Below, in pieces: positions 8,738 through 17,743 of a stretch of DNA of 64,000 nucleotides. The notes below the pieces were generated by a model, which was given only the letters and a program-made list of their open reading frames with translations, searched no databases and was not told the origin of the DNA. Location: NCBI GenBank assembly GCA_030684355.1, contig JAUXTN010000147.1, forward strand, positions 8,687-72,686, written 5' to 3'. Numbering within the stretch: position 1 is the stretch's first letter; the number at the start of each line of letters is the position of its first letter. Position numbers and translations under genes: made by a program. This DNA is from Pseudomonadota bacterium (GTDB taxonomy: Bacteria; Myxococcota_A; UBA796; SXON01).

Positions 8738-11452
8738 CTACCAGGAGAGATCGAAGAAGAGGCTCGGGGACCAGATGTCGTACGGGTAGCCCCAGCCGTT
8801 GGGGAAGTGGTCGCAGTAGTACTCGTCCGGGCCGCACCACCCGGACGCGAAGCCGAGCGCCAGGGAGTCGAGGCTCAGCCCCATGTCGGCGAGCGCGATG
8901 TCGACCTGCACCTCGGTGTCGCTCGGGTAGGACACCGTCGGCGTCGAGATCATCGTAAAGCCGGAGTCGTAGCCCTCGAGCGTCACGACGCCCGACTGGA
9001 CGACCAGCCGGTAGTAGGTCCAGTCCGCGACGCTCGAGTAGCCCCACGCCTCGATGAAGAGCGTGGAGGGGTCGAACACGGTCGCCGACTGGAGCCGGAT
9101 CTGCAGGACGCCGTCGTTCACGCGGTACTGACCGCCCACGAGATCGAAGTCCCAACCCGAGAGGGCGTCCCCCACGGTGTCGCCACGGGGGTCGAGCTCC
9201 TCCCAGGTGGGCTCGCCGAGGATCAGCGTGGTGCGGACCTCGTAGGCGCGCGCCCCGTCGACCATGGAGAGGAGGAGGTCGACGGTGTCGCCATCGGCGC
9301 CGCCGGTGACGGTGACGGTCCAGGGGTCGTCGTTGGCGTCGGAGCGGCCGGCGAGCAGCTCGCGGTAGCTCTCGACGTTCGTGCTGATGCTGACGACGGC
9401 GGTGCTCGTGGACTCGGCGGTGAGCGTGGCGTCAAGCGCGCCCTCGGTGACGGCGTCCCCGAGGTTGCTGACCGTGAGCGTGAGGTCGGCGCTCTCGTCG
9501 GCGTCGAGGACGCCGTCGTTCCCGGCATCGTCGATGCCGACCGCGGAGACCGCGAGGTACGGAAACGGCACGGCGAGGTCGACCGGGAGGGTCCAGGACT
9601 CGACGCCATCGTCGAGGAGGAGCTCCAGGGCCACGTCGGTGCTGTCGGTATGGGTCGCGGCGATGTCGAAGGCGAAGAGCCCCGCGACGTTCACCGAGGC
9701 GCCCGCGCCGATCGCCGCGCTGGTCAGGGCGACCGGGCCGGCGTCGGTGACGGTCACGTCGGGGTCGGTCGACGAGAGCGTCGCGGTGACGGCGCCCTGC
9801 GTCGCGTCGCCGTCGTTGGTGACGTAGAGGCCGAGCGTGGCGCCGACGGTGCCGGGGGTGAGCGTCGTGGGGTCGGTCGAGGCGACGACCTCGAACGCCG
9901 GCGGTTCGGGCACGTAGGCCAGGAGCTCGCCGCCCGCGATGACGGTGGGGAGCACGGTCGCGGTGTAGTCGACGCCGTCGTAGCTCACGACGAAGTCTTC
10001 CAGGCGGCCGGCGACCTCGGGGGTCGCGCGGACGAACCAGCGCAGCGCCCCGGCGGTGGGGGGCAGGAGGTCGCCCTGGTCGGTGATGTCGACCGAGAGC
10101 GTCAGGGTGTCGCTCGTGAGGTCGTCGTAGACGGACTGCTCCCAGGTCGGCGCGGCGGGGTCGCCCACGCCCAGCACCAGCTCGAGGCTGCCGGCGGCGC
10201 TCGACGTGTACGAGATCGTCGCGGTGCTCACGACGCCCACGAGGACCTGGTCGTCGAGGGTCCAGGTGGACTCGCCCTCGGTGACGGTCACCGTGACGGG
10301 GACGTAGTGGTTGTCGGGCGTCGAGGGGTCCACCACGAGGGAGAACGCCGCCGAGCCGCTTCCGCCCGCGGTGATCGCATCGATGGCGACGCTGCTCTCG
10401 GCGACCGAGGCGCCGCCGTCCGGGAAGCTGACGCTGACCGCCACGTCCGCGGCGTCGACCAGGCCGAGGTTGTCCACGGAGACCGTGAACGTGCCCTCGC
10501 CACCGGGATCGATGGGCGCGGGGGTGACCTCGGCGTCGAGCACGAGGTCGGGCTGGAGGGCCTCCACCCGCACGTCGTCGAGGTACCAGTCGTCCGAGAC
10601 CTCGCCGACGAAGCGCCAGGCCAGGTACACGGTGGGCGCGCCGGCGTAGGCCGACAGGTCGTAGACCGCGGAGCGGCCCCAGGCGGCCTCGGCGGGCGCG
10701 GGGAGGGTCTCGGCGACCACGACGTAGTCGCCGTCCTCGGGCACCCGGCTGCCGACGCTCGCGTAGAGCGCGTGGTTCGCGAGGCTGGTCTGGCGGCCGA
10801 ACTCTCGCCACGTGACCTGCGCGTTCGGCACCGAGCTGAAGTCGAGGGCCGGCGTGATGAGCCAGTCCTCCATCTCGTCGATCCCGGTGTAGCCGCGCGA
10901 GTGGAACGCGGACTGGGTGCCGGCGTAGGCCTCGCTCGCGCTGGTCGCCCAGCCGTAGCCGTAGAAGCCGACGCTCGAGTTGGCCCAGCCGAGGTCGGAC
11001 AAGGTGCTCTGGGTCTCGTCGTACTCGAAGCCCTGAACGTAGGGCAGCGGCGCCCCGACGACGGACACGCGGAGCTCGTAGGGCTCGGACGCCCCCTCCG
11101 TGGGGAGGTAGGTCGTGGCGGGGATGTCACCCTCGTCCGTGGCCTTGAAGTAGTACTCGACCGCGGGGTCGTCGACGTCGGTCGCCTCGAGGACGACCGC
11201 CCACACGTCGGCTTCGCCTTGGGTCATCGGCGCCTGCACCCACGTCGTCTCGCCGGAGACGCGGTGGTACAGCGTCACGGCGGAGACGCCGTCGGCGTCC
11301 GTCGCGGTGACCTCGAGCGTCGTCTCCGTGGCCTCGATGACCCCGGCGTGCTCGGTATGGCCAAGCTCCGGGCCCGCGAGCGGGACGCCGGTCTCCTTCA
11401 CGTCGTCGTCACCGTTGCACGCGACCAGCAGGACGAGGAACCCGTACCGCAT
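8738..11452 (-). CDS. Large surface lipoprotein E: Ig-like N-domain, choice-of-anchor-J/MAM-like domain, CARDB-like repeats
   Basis: Real start is ATG 11452 (MRYGFLVLLVAC, lipobox), overlapping the upstream stop as TGATG. The track ORF to 11845 is an Arg-rich artefact. The segment GWANSSVGFYGYGW...EDWLITPALDFSSVPNAQVTWREF...YLAWRFVGEVSDDWYLDDVRVE resembles choice-of-anchor J. It is followed by CARDB-like repeats (PGGEGTFTVSVDNLG...). Confidence 0.8.
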   Translation of the reverse strand: MRYGFLVLLVACNGDDDVKETGVPLAGPELGHTEHAGVIEATETTLEVTATDADGVSAVTLYHRVSGETTWVQAPMTQGEADVWAVVLEATDVDDPAVEYYFKATDEGDIPATTYLPTEGASEPYELRVSVVGAPLPYVQGFEYDETQSTLSDLGWANSSVGFYGYGWATSASEAYAGTQSAFHSRGYTGIDEMEDWLITPALDFSSVPNAQVTWREFGRQTSLANHALYASVGSRVPEDGDYVVVAETLPAPAEAAWGRSAVYDLSAYAGAPTVYLAWRFVGEVSDDWYLDDVRVEALQPDLVLDAEVTPAPIDPGGEGTFTVSVDNLGLVDAADVAVSVSFPDGGASVAESSVAIDAITAGGSGSAAFSLVVDPSTPDNHYVPVTVTVTEGESTWTLDDQVLVGVVSTATISYTSSAAGSLELVLGVGDPAAPTWEQSVYDDLTSDTLTLSVDITDQGDLLPPTAGALRWFVRATPEVAGRLEDFVVSYDGVDYTATVLPTVIAGGELLAYVPEPPAFEVVASTDPTTLTPGTVGATLGLYVTNDGDATQGAVTATLSSTDPDVTVTDAGPVALTSAAIGAGASVNVAGLFAFDIAATHTDSTDVALELLLDDGVESWTLPVDLAVPFPYLAVSAVGIDDAGNDGVLDADESADLTLTVSNLGDAVTEGALDATLTAESTSTAVVSISTNVESYRELLAGRSDANDDPWTVTVTGGADGDTVDLLLSMVDGARAYEVRTTLILGEPTWEELDPRGDTVGDALSGWDFDLVGGQYRVNDGVLQIRLQSATVFDPSTLFIEAWGYSSVADWTYYRLVVQSGVVTLEGYDSGFTMISTPTVSYPSDTEVQVDIALADMGLSLDSLALGFASGWCGPDEYYCDHFPNGWGYPYDIWSPSLFFDLSW

Positions 11453-11979
11453 CACTCCTCCTCGTAGAGCCAGCAGTACGTGAAGCACTGGTTCGACACC
11501 ACATTGCCGTTGAAGTCCGACACGGGGAGGCAGTCGAAACCGCCCGGGCAGTCCGTGTCGCTGTCGCAGGTCACCCCGCAATAGCCGCCGTTGAGGCACA
11601 TGTTGCCGTTGCCGCCGCAGTCGCCGTCGTCCTCGCAGGGGGCGCAATAGTAGCCGCCGGCCTGGTAGCACTCCCCGCCGGGGTTGCAGAACTCGCCGAA
11701 GCCGCAGTCGAGCTTGGTGTCCGTGCACTCGGCGGCGACGCACTCCTGGGTCTCGGCGTCGCAGAGGTCGCCGAAGCCGCAGTCGTCGTGGGTCTCGCAG
11801 CCGTCCACGCAACTGCTGTTCTCGCAGTGCTGGTTCAGGCCGCACTGGAAGGACGTGGCGCAGCTATGGGACTCGCACTCGCCGGCGACACAGACCGACC
11901 CGAACGGGCACGGCACGTCCTCGGAGCACTCCGCGGTCTCCTGCGGGCAGCCGAGGAGCATCATCAACAGAAACACCAT
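11452..11979 (-). CDS. Cys-rich repeat lipoprotein D (myxobacterial Cys-rich repeat-like)
   Basis: Start ATG 11979 (MVFLLMMLLGC), overlapping the upstream stop as TGATG. About 30 Cys lie in repeated C-x-dD-dC-g-g-x-C modules (CETHDDCGFGDLCD, CEDDGDCGGNGNMC, CDSDTDCPGGFDC). Confidence 0.8.
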   Translation of the reverse strand: MVFLLMMLLGCPQETAECSEDVPCPFGSVCVAGECESHSCATSFQCGLNQHCENSSCVDGCETHDDCGFGDLCDAETQECVAAECTDTKLDCGFGEFCNPGGECYQAGGYYCAPCEDDGDCGGNGNMCLNGGYCGVTCDSDTDCPGGFDCLPVSDFNGNVVSNQCFTYCWLYEEE

Positions 11980-13469
11980 CAGTTGCTCCCGCTCTGGACC
12001 TTGTACTCCACGAGGATGTACTGCTGGCTCTCGGGGACCTGGTCGTACTCGAAGCGGATCAGGTTGTCCTCTTCGACGTAGGTGAAGTCCACGTCGATCG
12101 TGAGATCGCGGATCTTGCTGGCCTCGTCGGCGTCCGCATAGATCGACACCTTCAGGGAATCGAGGCGCGGCACCTTGGAGAGGGCAAACTCCGCCTCGAG
12201 GCCCGACAGGGTCAGCCCGAGCTCGTTGACGATGGGGGAGAAGTCCTCGTCGCAGATGGAGTCGACCAGGCCGGCGGTCTCCTCGACGGCCCGCAGGTAG
12301 CGACGGCCCCAGTCCGCGGTCCCGTTCGCGGAGCTGCAGCTCGGCTCGCCGTCGAACTCGGGGGCGCGATCGCCGATGACCGCCGAGACGTTCATCATCG
12401 AGTGGTCGCGGTACGCGGCCTCGCCCTTCAGATCGGCGTAGAGCGAGAGGTAGTCGTTGACCGGGAGCGGCGAGGAGTCTTCCTCGTCGGACACGATCAG
12501 CACGGAGAAGTTGGCGTCTTCCCGGATGAACCCGTCGTTGGCGCCCGAGCCGTCCCCCGCGACCGAGAGCAGCGGCTCGGAGATCGCGAGGCGAACGGCC
12601 TCCAACCCCATCTCGATGCCCGACCCGCTCACGCCCTGGGCGACCATCTCGGCGAAGATCTCCTCGGGCCCCTCGGTCTCGTCCGTCAGGTAGAGATCGT
12701 GGTTGTTGAGGGTGAAGTCGTCGCCCACGGCGAGGTCCGCACCTTCGACGTCGAGCGTGCGCGCGAAGACGAGGGCCTCGCCCGCGGGCAGGAGCGTGCC
12801 GTCCGGGACGAGGTAGGCGTTGCGGCCGTCGTCCATGAGGGCGTACCCGGAGAGGTCGACCTCGGCGGCGCTGATGTTCGTGATCTCGACCCACTCCCCG
12901 GCGGCGTCGGTCACGCCGTCGGGATCGGGGGCGAACTCGGTGATGACGATGTCGCCGCGCGTGGCGTCTGCGCCAGGGCCGGTGCCGCCGCAGCCCGGGT
13001 TCGCGGTGCCGGGGGTGGCCGCAACGTCGGTGCACCACTTCGAGGCGGAGTCGTTGCTCGTGCCCGCGAAGTAGGACGGATCGAGGGACAACACGACGCC
13101 CGGGGCGACCGGCCAGTCCCGGTTGTACTCGACGCGGTCGATCTCGCGGCCCGTCGCGTCCGCGAGGACGATCTCGTCGTCACCGCCGATGAGGTGGCCG
13201 GAGAACTGCTCCTGGTCGACGTCCGTGGTGATGACGCCGAGCTGCCAGTCGACCTTGGCTTCGTCGAAGTACTGGATGAAGCTGTCGAAGTTCCCGGCGA
13301 GCTTCGCCTGTTCCTCGACCATGGAGCAGCTGTTGTCGACGACGAGCAACAAGTCGACCGTGTTGAGGCGGTTCTGGATGAACACGTCCTCCTGGGTCGG
13401 CTGGGTGTAGCCGTAGTCGGTGCAGCCGAGGAACAACGAGGGGGAGAGGAGCAGGATCAGACTACGCAC
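11979..13469 (-). CDS. Lipoprotein C: von Willebrand A domain interrupted by a lamin-tail-domain (LTD)-like insertion
   Basis: GTG start at 13469 (MRSLILLLSPSLFLGC). The MIDAS motif is LLVVDNSCSM. The LTD-like block is DIVITEFAPDPDG..EWVEITNISAAEVDLSGYALMDDG...LPAGEALVF. The vWA fold resumes at GSGIEMGLEAV...NFSVLIVSDEED. Confidence 0.85.
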   Translation of the reverse strand: MRSLILLLSPSLFLGCTDYGYTQPTQEDVFIQNRLNTVDLLLVVDNSCSMVEEQAKLAGNFDSFIQYFDEAKVDWQLGVITTDVDQEQFSGHLIGGDDEIVLADATGREIDRVEYNRDWPVAPGVVLSLDPSYFAGTSNDSASKWCTDVAATPGTANPGCGGTGPGADATRGDIVITEFAPDPDGVTDAAGEWVEITNISAAEVDLSGYALMDDGRNAYLVPDGTLLPAGEALVFARTLDVEGADLAVGDDFTLNNHDLYLTDETEGPEEIFAEMVAQGVSGSGIEMGLEAVRLAISEPLLSVAGDGSGANDGFIREDANFSVLIVSDEEDSSPLPVNDYLSLYADLKGEAAYRDHSMMNVSAVIGDRAPEFDGEPSCSSANGTADWGRRYLRAVEETAGLVDSICDEDFSPIVNELGLTLSGLEAEFALSKVPRLDSLKVSIYADADEASKIRDLTIDVDFTYVEEDNLIRFEYDQVPESQQYILVEYKVQSGSN

Positions 13470-14361
13470 CGCCAGCCTCCGTCTTTGCCGCGGCGGCCGG
13501 AGCGGCCTCGTCGGACTCGTCGTCCCCGCTCCCCTCGGTCAAGCCCTCGACGCCCTCGAGCAGGAGCGACTGGGTGACCTGGGGGTTCTGCGCGGAGAAG
13601 TGGAACGTGGAGTAGACGACCTGACCGCGGCCGGCGACGAAGCGCACGAGCAGCGGGGCGCCCGTGAGGGTCTCCGGGAGCTGATCGGCCGAGGGCTGGT
13701 AGTCCACGTTGCCGGAGAGGAGGACCTCCGTGCCCGTGCCGACGCTCTCGATCACGGACCAGGCGGTGTAGTCGTAGGCGAGGTTGACGGTGGCGCCGAG
13801 GGCCTCGATGAGCTTGTCGCCCTTCACGTCCGCCAGCACGTCGCCCGCGATGCCGGCCTGCGCGGCGTCCGGCACGGTGTCGTCTCCGAAGAGCTCGAGC
13901 GCGTCGGGCCAGCAGTACTCGACGAGCTCGTAGGCCCAGTCGCTCACGACGAGCGTGCCGCCGCCCGTGGCGAAGTTGCAGGCGTGGTCCATCGCGTCGG
14001 TGTCGAGCAGGAGCGAGTCGTCGGGCTCGAGCTGGTTGTTGTAGCGGAAGGCGCCGAGGCCCCGCGTGCCCGAGTTGACGAACACCGCGTTGAAGGCGGA
14101 CACCTGAAGCTGTCCGTTCTCGTCGGTGCCGGTGAACAGGCCCTCGACCGAGGGCCCGCCGAAGTCGCGCACGGTGCGGTCGTCGTCCGGCTCGTAGGTC
14201 GCCTGGACGATGAAGCCGTCGTACTCCTGCGTCGCGATGTCGAGCGCGGTCAGGGTGTCTCCGACGTTGTCGAAGTCCCCGAGCACGACCGCGATCGCAT
14301 CGAGGCGGATCTCAGCGAATTCCTGGTCGGTCTTGCAGGCGAGCAGCGCCAACAGCATCAT
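13462..14361 (-). CDS. Lipoprotein B, possibly class-I glutamine-amidotransferase-like (ThuA/DUF4159-like) fold
   Basis: Start ATG 14361 (MMLLALLAC-K), forming an ATGA overlap with the upstream stop. The pattern AVVLGDFDNVG...FVNSG...GGGTLVVSDWAYELV resembles GATase1-like domains that accompany vWA proteins. The C-terminal tail is acidic and Ala-rich. The fold call is tentative. Confidence 0.7.
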   Translation of the reverse strand: MMLLALLACKTDQEFAEIRLDAIAVVLGDFDNVGDTLTALDIATQEYDGFIVQATYEPDDDRTVRDFGGPSVEGLFTGTDENGQLQVSAFNAVFVNSGTRGLGAFRYNNQLEPDDSLLLDTDAMDHACNFATGGGTLVVSDWAYELVEYCWPDALELFGDDTVPDAAQAGIAGDVLADVKGDKLIEALGATVNLAYDYTAWSVIESVGTGTEVLLSGNVDYQPSADQLPETLTGAPLLVRFVAGRGQVVYSTFHFSAQNPQVTQSLLLEGVEGLTEGSGDDESDEAAPAAAAKTEAGGA

Positions 14362-16169
14362 TCGAGCACCAGGTAGCCCTGCACGTACACGTACGTGCTG
14401 CTCTTGTTGTTCTGGATCGTGCTGAACGGGAACCCGAACTCCGGGCCCTCGGGGATGAGGCTCTCGGCCACGAACGTCGCGCTGCCGGCCTCGAGCTGGA
14501 TGAGCTCGTCGGACGTGTAGGTGTGCTCGCCGTCGTCCCAGGGGATCGAGCCGACGAAGCCGCCCTCGCCGGTCGCGACGAGCGTGCCGGAGATCTGCGT
14601 GATGAAGAAGGCGTCGGGGTAGGTCTGGGCGGGAGACCAGGTGTACGTGAGGTCTTCCAGGCGGTTGTGCGTGAAGTTGCCCCACCACCCGGGGTCGATC
14701 ATGTGGAAGTCCGCCGGGACGGTCGGCTGCACGTCCTCGAGCACGTACTCGCCGATGCCGCCGTCCTCACCCTGGGTGTGGAGGTCGTACATCTGGTCGA
14801 AGCAGTAGTCGTCGAGGGTGAGGTCGGCCGTGTAGTAGATCATGCCCGACGCGCCGTCGACGTACTTCTCGAGCTGCACCACGTTGCAGTCGGACTCGAA
14901 CCACACGTACTCGCCCGCACCGAGCGTGATGGGGTTCGGGCAGTCGGACGTGCCGCCCGTCGTGTAGGTCTGGAACACGCCGTTGCTGTCATAGGGCTGC
15001 GGGCCGGAGGCGCACGAGGGGTCACTCGAGCAGTCGTTGTCGTAGCAGTCGATGAAGCCGTCGCCGTCGTTGTCCTCTTCGTCGCCGCAGGCGTAGGCCT
15101 CGGGGCTGTTCGGGCACGCGGGATCGAGCGGGATGTAGAAGATCGCCGAACCCCTCACCTGCTCGGTGATGGCGCCCGTGGTGTTGTCGATGCCGCGCAC
15201 CACGTTGAACGACAGGGAGATGCCGACGTCTTCGAGGGCGATGTCCGCCTCGGTGACCTCGAAGGCGTCCTCCATGAATACGCCCTCGTCGTCCGTGGTG
15301 ACCATCGCGTCCCGGAAGCCGACCTCCGCGGCGTTGGACACGGTCATCCGACCCCAGAGGTTCTCGGCGTCGACGACGCTCAGGCTGTCCACCACGACGT
15401 CGCCGTTCTCGTAGCCGTTCTTCCAGAAGGTCAGCTCGGAGTCGGCGCTGAAGTGGGTGCCGGCGCCGTGGATGGTGAACTCGACGGTCTCCCCCTGTGC
15501 GGCGGTCGTGGGGTCGAACTCGGCGGAGAGTGCGACGCGGTCGACCTGGAAGCCGCCGTAGAGCGTGGTGAGGTCGGGCCCGACCTCCATCGACACGTCC
15601 CGCAGGCCGGGCACGGCGTCCGGGCCGACCGTGACGCTCGCGATGGCAAAGGTCTCGGACAGCACGTCGACCGCGGTCACCTCGATGTCGGCGCCGAAGT
15701 TGGCCCACGTGGTGCCACCCACCCACTCGGTGTTCTGGCCGAGGATCTCGACGACGATGCTCTCGCCGATCCGCGCTCGCTCCGGGGTGATGCTGAACGA
15801 GTCGTCCACCACCGTGAGGGCCTCGGAGATGCTGTAGGCGCCCTCCCCCGTGGAGATCTCCGCAGTGCGCGCGCCGAGGTCCGCGCCGGGCTCGACCGTG
15901 ATGTTGGCCGTGGCGGTCCACCCGTCGAGCACGGTCACGCTGTTGACGACCACGCCGGCCCCAAGGTCGAGCTCGGCGCCGGCGAACGAGAAGATCGACG
16001 CGCCGGCGGTGATCCGGGCCTCCTCGATCGTGATGCCGCGGCCGGCCTCGGGGGGCCAGAACTCGAGGCCCCCGAGCTCTTCCTCGGCTCCCTTGTCGTC
16101 CGAGCCGCCTGCGTCAGTGCAGCCACCCATCCACACGAGGGTCAGGGAGAGGAACAACAGGCGCGACAT
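14358..16169 (-). CDS. Lipoprotein A: three Ig/IPT-like repeats, acidic Cys-rich module, beta-rich C-terminal domain
   Basis: MSRLLFLSLTLVWMGGC lipobox. ATG 16169 is preceded by GGAG at 5-nt spacing; an alternative ATG lies at 16190. There are three ~90-aa repeats, each ending in ...G.RDV/A.V... The Cys-rich module is CPNSPEAYACGDEEDNDGDGFIDCYDNDCSSDPSC. Confidence 0.8.
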   Translation of the reverse strand: MSRLLFLSLTLVWMGGCTDAGGSDDKGAEEELGGLEFWPPEAGRGITIEEARITAGASIFSFAGAELDLGAGVVVNSVTVLDGWTATANITVEPGADLGARTAEISTGEGAYSISEALTVVDDSFSITPERARIGESIVVEILGQNTEWVGGTTWANFGADIEVTAVDVLSETFAIASVTVGPDAVPGLRDVSMEVGPDLTTLYGGFQVDRVALSAEFDPTTAAQGETVEFTIHGAGTHFSADSELTFWKNGYENGDVVVDSLSVVDAENLWGRMTVSNAAEVGFRDAMVTTDDEGVFMEDAFEVTEADIALEDVGISLSFNVVRGIDNTTGAITEQVRGSAIFYIPLDPACPNSPEAYACGDEEDNDGDGFIDCYDNDCSSDPSCASGPQPYDSNGVFQTYTTGGTSDCPNPITLGAGEYVWFESDCNVVQLEKYVDGASGMIYYTADLTLDDYCFDQMYDLHTQGEDGGIGEYVLEDVQPTVPADFHMIDPGWWGNFTHNRLEDLTYTWSPAQTYPDAFFITQISGTLVATGEGGFVGSIPWDDGEHTYTSDELIQLEAGSATFVAESLIPEGPEFGFPFSTIQNNKSSTYVYVQGYLVLE

Positions 16170-16258
16170 GCCGACTCCGGTACCCCGCATGACGCAGGGT
16201 GACGCAGTATAGCCGGGATTGGCCCAGAACGCGGAAGCGCGTCGCCGCTGCCGCGTCG

Positions 16259-17740
16259 CTACCCAGCGAGCGAAAGCAGCGAGTCCTGCGCCCAGTCCAA
16301 CGCGGTTCCGGGCACGAGCCCCAGGATGAGCATGACCGCCGAGCAGAGCGCCACGGCAAAGGCGGCGCGACGGTCGATGGTGACGGCCGGGTGCCCATCG
16401 CGCATGTACATCCAGATCATCGGGCGGATGTAGTAGTACACGCCCAGCGCCGCCGAGATCGCCCCGATGATCGCCAGGTTCCGCTCACCGGCCTGCAGCG
16501 CCGCCGAGAACAGGTAGAACTTGCCGACAAAGCCCATCGTGGGGGGGATGCCGGCAAGCGAGAGCAGGCAGATCGACAGGCCCGCCGCGATCCAAGGGTG
16601 GTCGTGCCCCAGACCGGCGAGACGCTCGATGCGGGAGTCGTCCTTGCCGTCGCGCGTGAACATCGAGAGCACCGCGAAGGCGCCCGCGTTCATGAACGTG
16701 TAGCTGAGCATGTAGAAGAGGAGGCTGCCGAGCGCCGGGCTGTGCGCGAGCCCGCCCGGCCCGATCGACACGAACGCCATCAGCAGGTAGCCGGCGTGCG
16801 CGATCGACGAGTAGGCGAGGACACGCTTGAGGTCATCCTGGACGAGCGCGCCCAGGTTGCCGACGATCATGGTGAGCGCGGACATCCACCACAGGGCACC
16901 GTGCCAGCTCGCGGCGTCCTCGCCCATGGCACCGAGCACGACGCGACCGAACGCCGCGAAGCTCGCCGCCTTGACACCGGACGCCATGAGCGCGGTCACC
17001 GAGGTGGGAGCGCCCTGGTACACGTCGGGGGCCCACATGTGGAAGGGCACGCTCGCGACCTTGAAGCCGAAGCCCACGATCAGGAGCCCGCCGCCCACCA
17101 CGACGAGGGAGTTGGACGCGGCGTCGTGACCAGCGGCGAACCAGGCGGTGAGCGCCTGGAGGGAGGTGCTGCCGATCGCCCCGTAGACGAAGGAGATGCC
17201 GTACAGCATGACGCCCGACGAGAAGGCGCCGAGGATGAAGTACTTGAAGCCGCTCTCGACGCTCTTGGGATCCCCGCGCTTGAGGGCGCAGAGCACGTAC
17301 ATCGCGATGCTCATCACCTCGAGGGCGATGAAGACCATCATCAGGTCGTTCGCGGCGCTCATGAGCATCATGCCGAGCACGCCGAACAACACCAGGGCGT
17401 AGTACTCGCCGACGCGCACGCCGATGCGCTCGAGGTACCCGTCGCTCATGAGGAGCGAGAGGAGCCCGGCGAGGATCGCGCAGACCTGGAAGAACACGCC
17501 GTAGCGGTCGATCCGGAGCATGCCGGCGTAGGCGTCGACACCGCCCTCGGCCATCCCGTGGACGAGCGCGGTGAGCGCGCCCGCGGCGAGCAGGCCGCCG
17601 AAGCCGAGCGCCCAGAAGATGCTCTTGCTCTCGGGCCGGGCCCACGCCTCGATCAACATGATCGCCAGCGCGACGCAGAAGACCAGGATGGACGGGCTCG
17701 TGAGGAGGAGGGAGTCGCCGAGGGCGGGAATCTGGATCAT
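16259..17740 (-). CDS. nuoN: NADH-quinone oxidoreductase subunit N
   Basis: Polytopic antiporter-like protein, in the last position of the nuo cluster. Contains SIAHAGYLLMAF and PPTMGFVGKFYLF motifs. Confidence 0.93.
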   Translation of the reverse strand: MIQIPALGDSLLLTSPSILVFCVALAIMLIEAWARPESKSIFWALGFGGLLAAGALTALVHGMAEGGVDAYAGMLRIDRYGVFFQVCAILAGLLSLLMSDGYLERIGVRVGEYYALVLFGVLGMMLMSAANDLMMVFIALEVMSIAMYVLCALKRGDPKSVESGFKYFILGAFSSGVMLYGISFVYGAIGSTSLQALTAWFAAGHDAASNSLVVVGGGLLIVGFGFKVASVPFHMWAPDVYQGAPTSVTALMASGVKAASFAAFGRVVLGAMGEDAASWHGALWWMSALTMIVGNLGALVQDDLKRVLAYSSIAHAGYLLMAFVSIGPGGLAHSPALGSLLFYMLSYTFMNAGAFAVLSMFTRDGKDDSRIERLAGLGHDHPWIAAGLSICLLSLAGIPPTMGFVGKFYLFSAALQAGERNLAIIGAISAALGVYYYIRPMIWMYMRDGHPAVTIDRRAAFAVALCSAVMLILGLVPGTALDWAQDSLLSLAG

Positions 17741-17743
17741 TGG

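Noticed and set aside
6134-11467. 1777-aa plus-strand ORF. The same applies to 4920..8357(-), 16199..19420(+), 16833..19253(-), 19260..21584(+), 24564..27275(+), 34007..36709(+), 34443..36764(-), 39770..41806(+), 42109..43413(-), 44264..47023(-), 44500..46818(+), 46815..49595(+), 48871..51681(+), 52187..53770(-), 54329..55948(-), 56078..60094(-) and 58102..60042(+).
   Set aside because: These are long antisense or off-frame ORFs of the kind expected in ~70% GC DNA, where stop codons are rare. They have low-complexity R/G/P/A/D/E/H composition, and each overlaps a gene with clear family motifs in another frame.
11453-11845. N-terminal extensions of track ORFs, for example 8738..11845, 11452..13038, 13462..14688, 21455..22333, 25863..27683, 27158..28669, 27727..29148, 31325..32572, 32161..33516, 38814..41447 and 50311..52398.
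   Set aside because: The extensions are Arg/Pro-rich and overlap the upstream gene. The real starts are marked by lipoboxes or conserved N-termini and by 1-4 nt stop/start overlaps.
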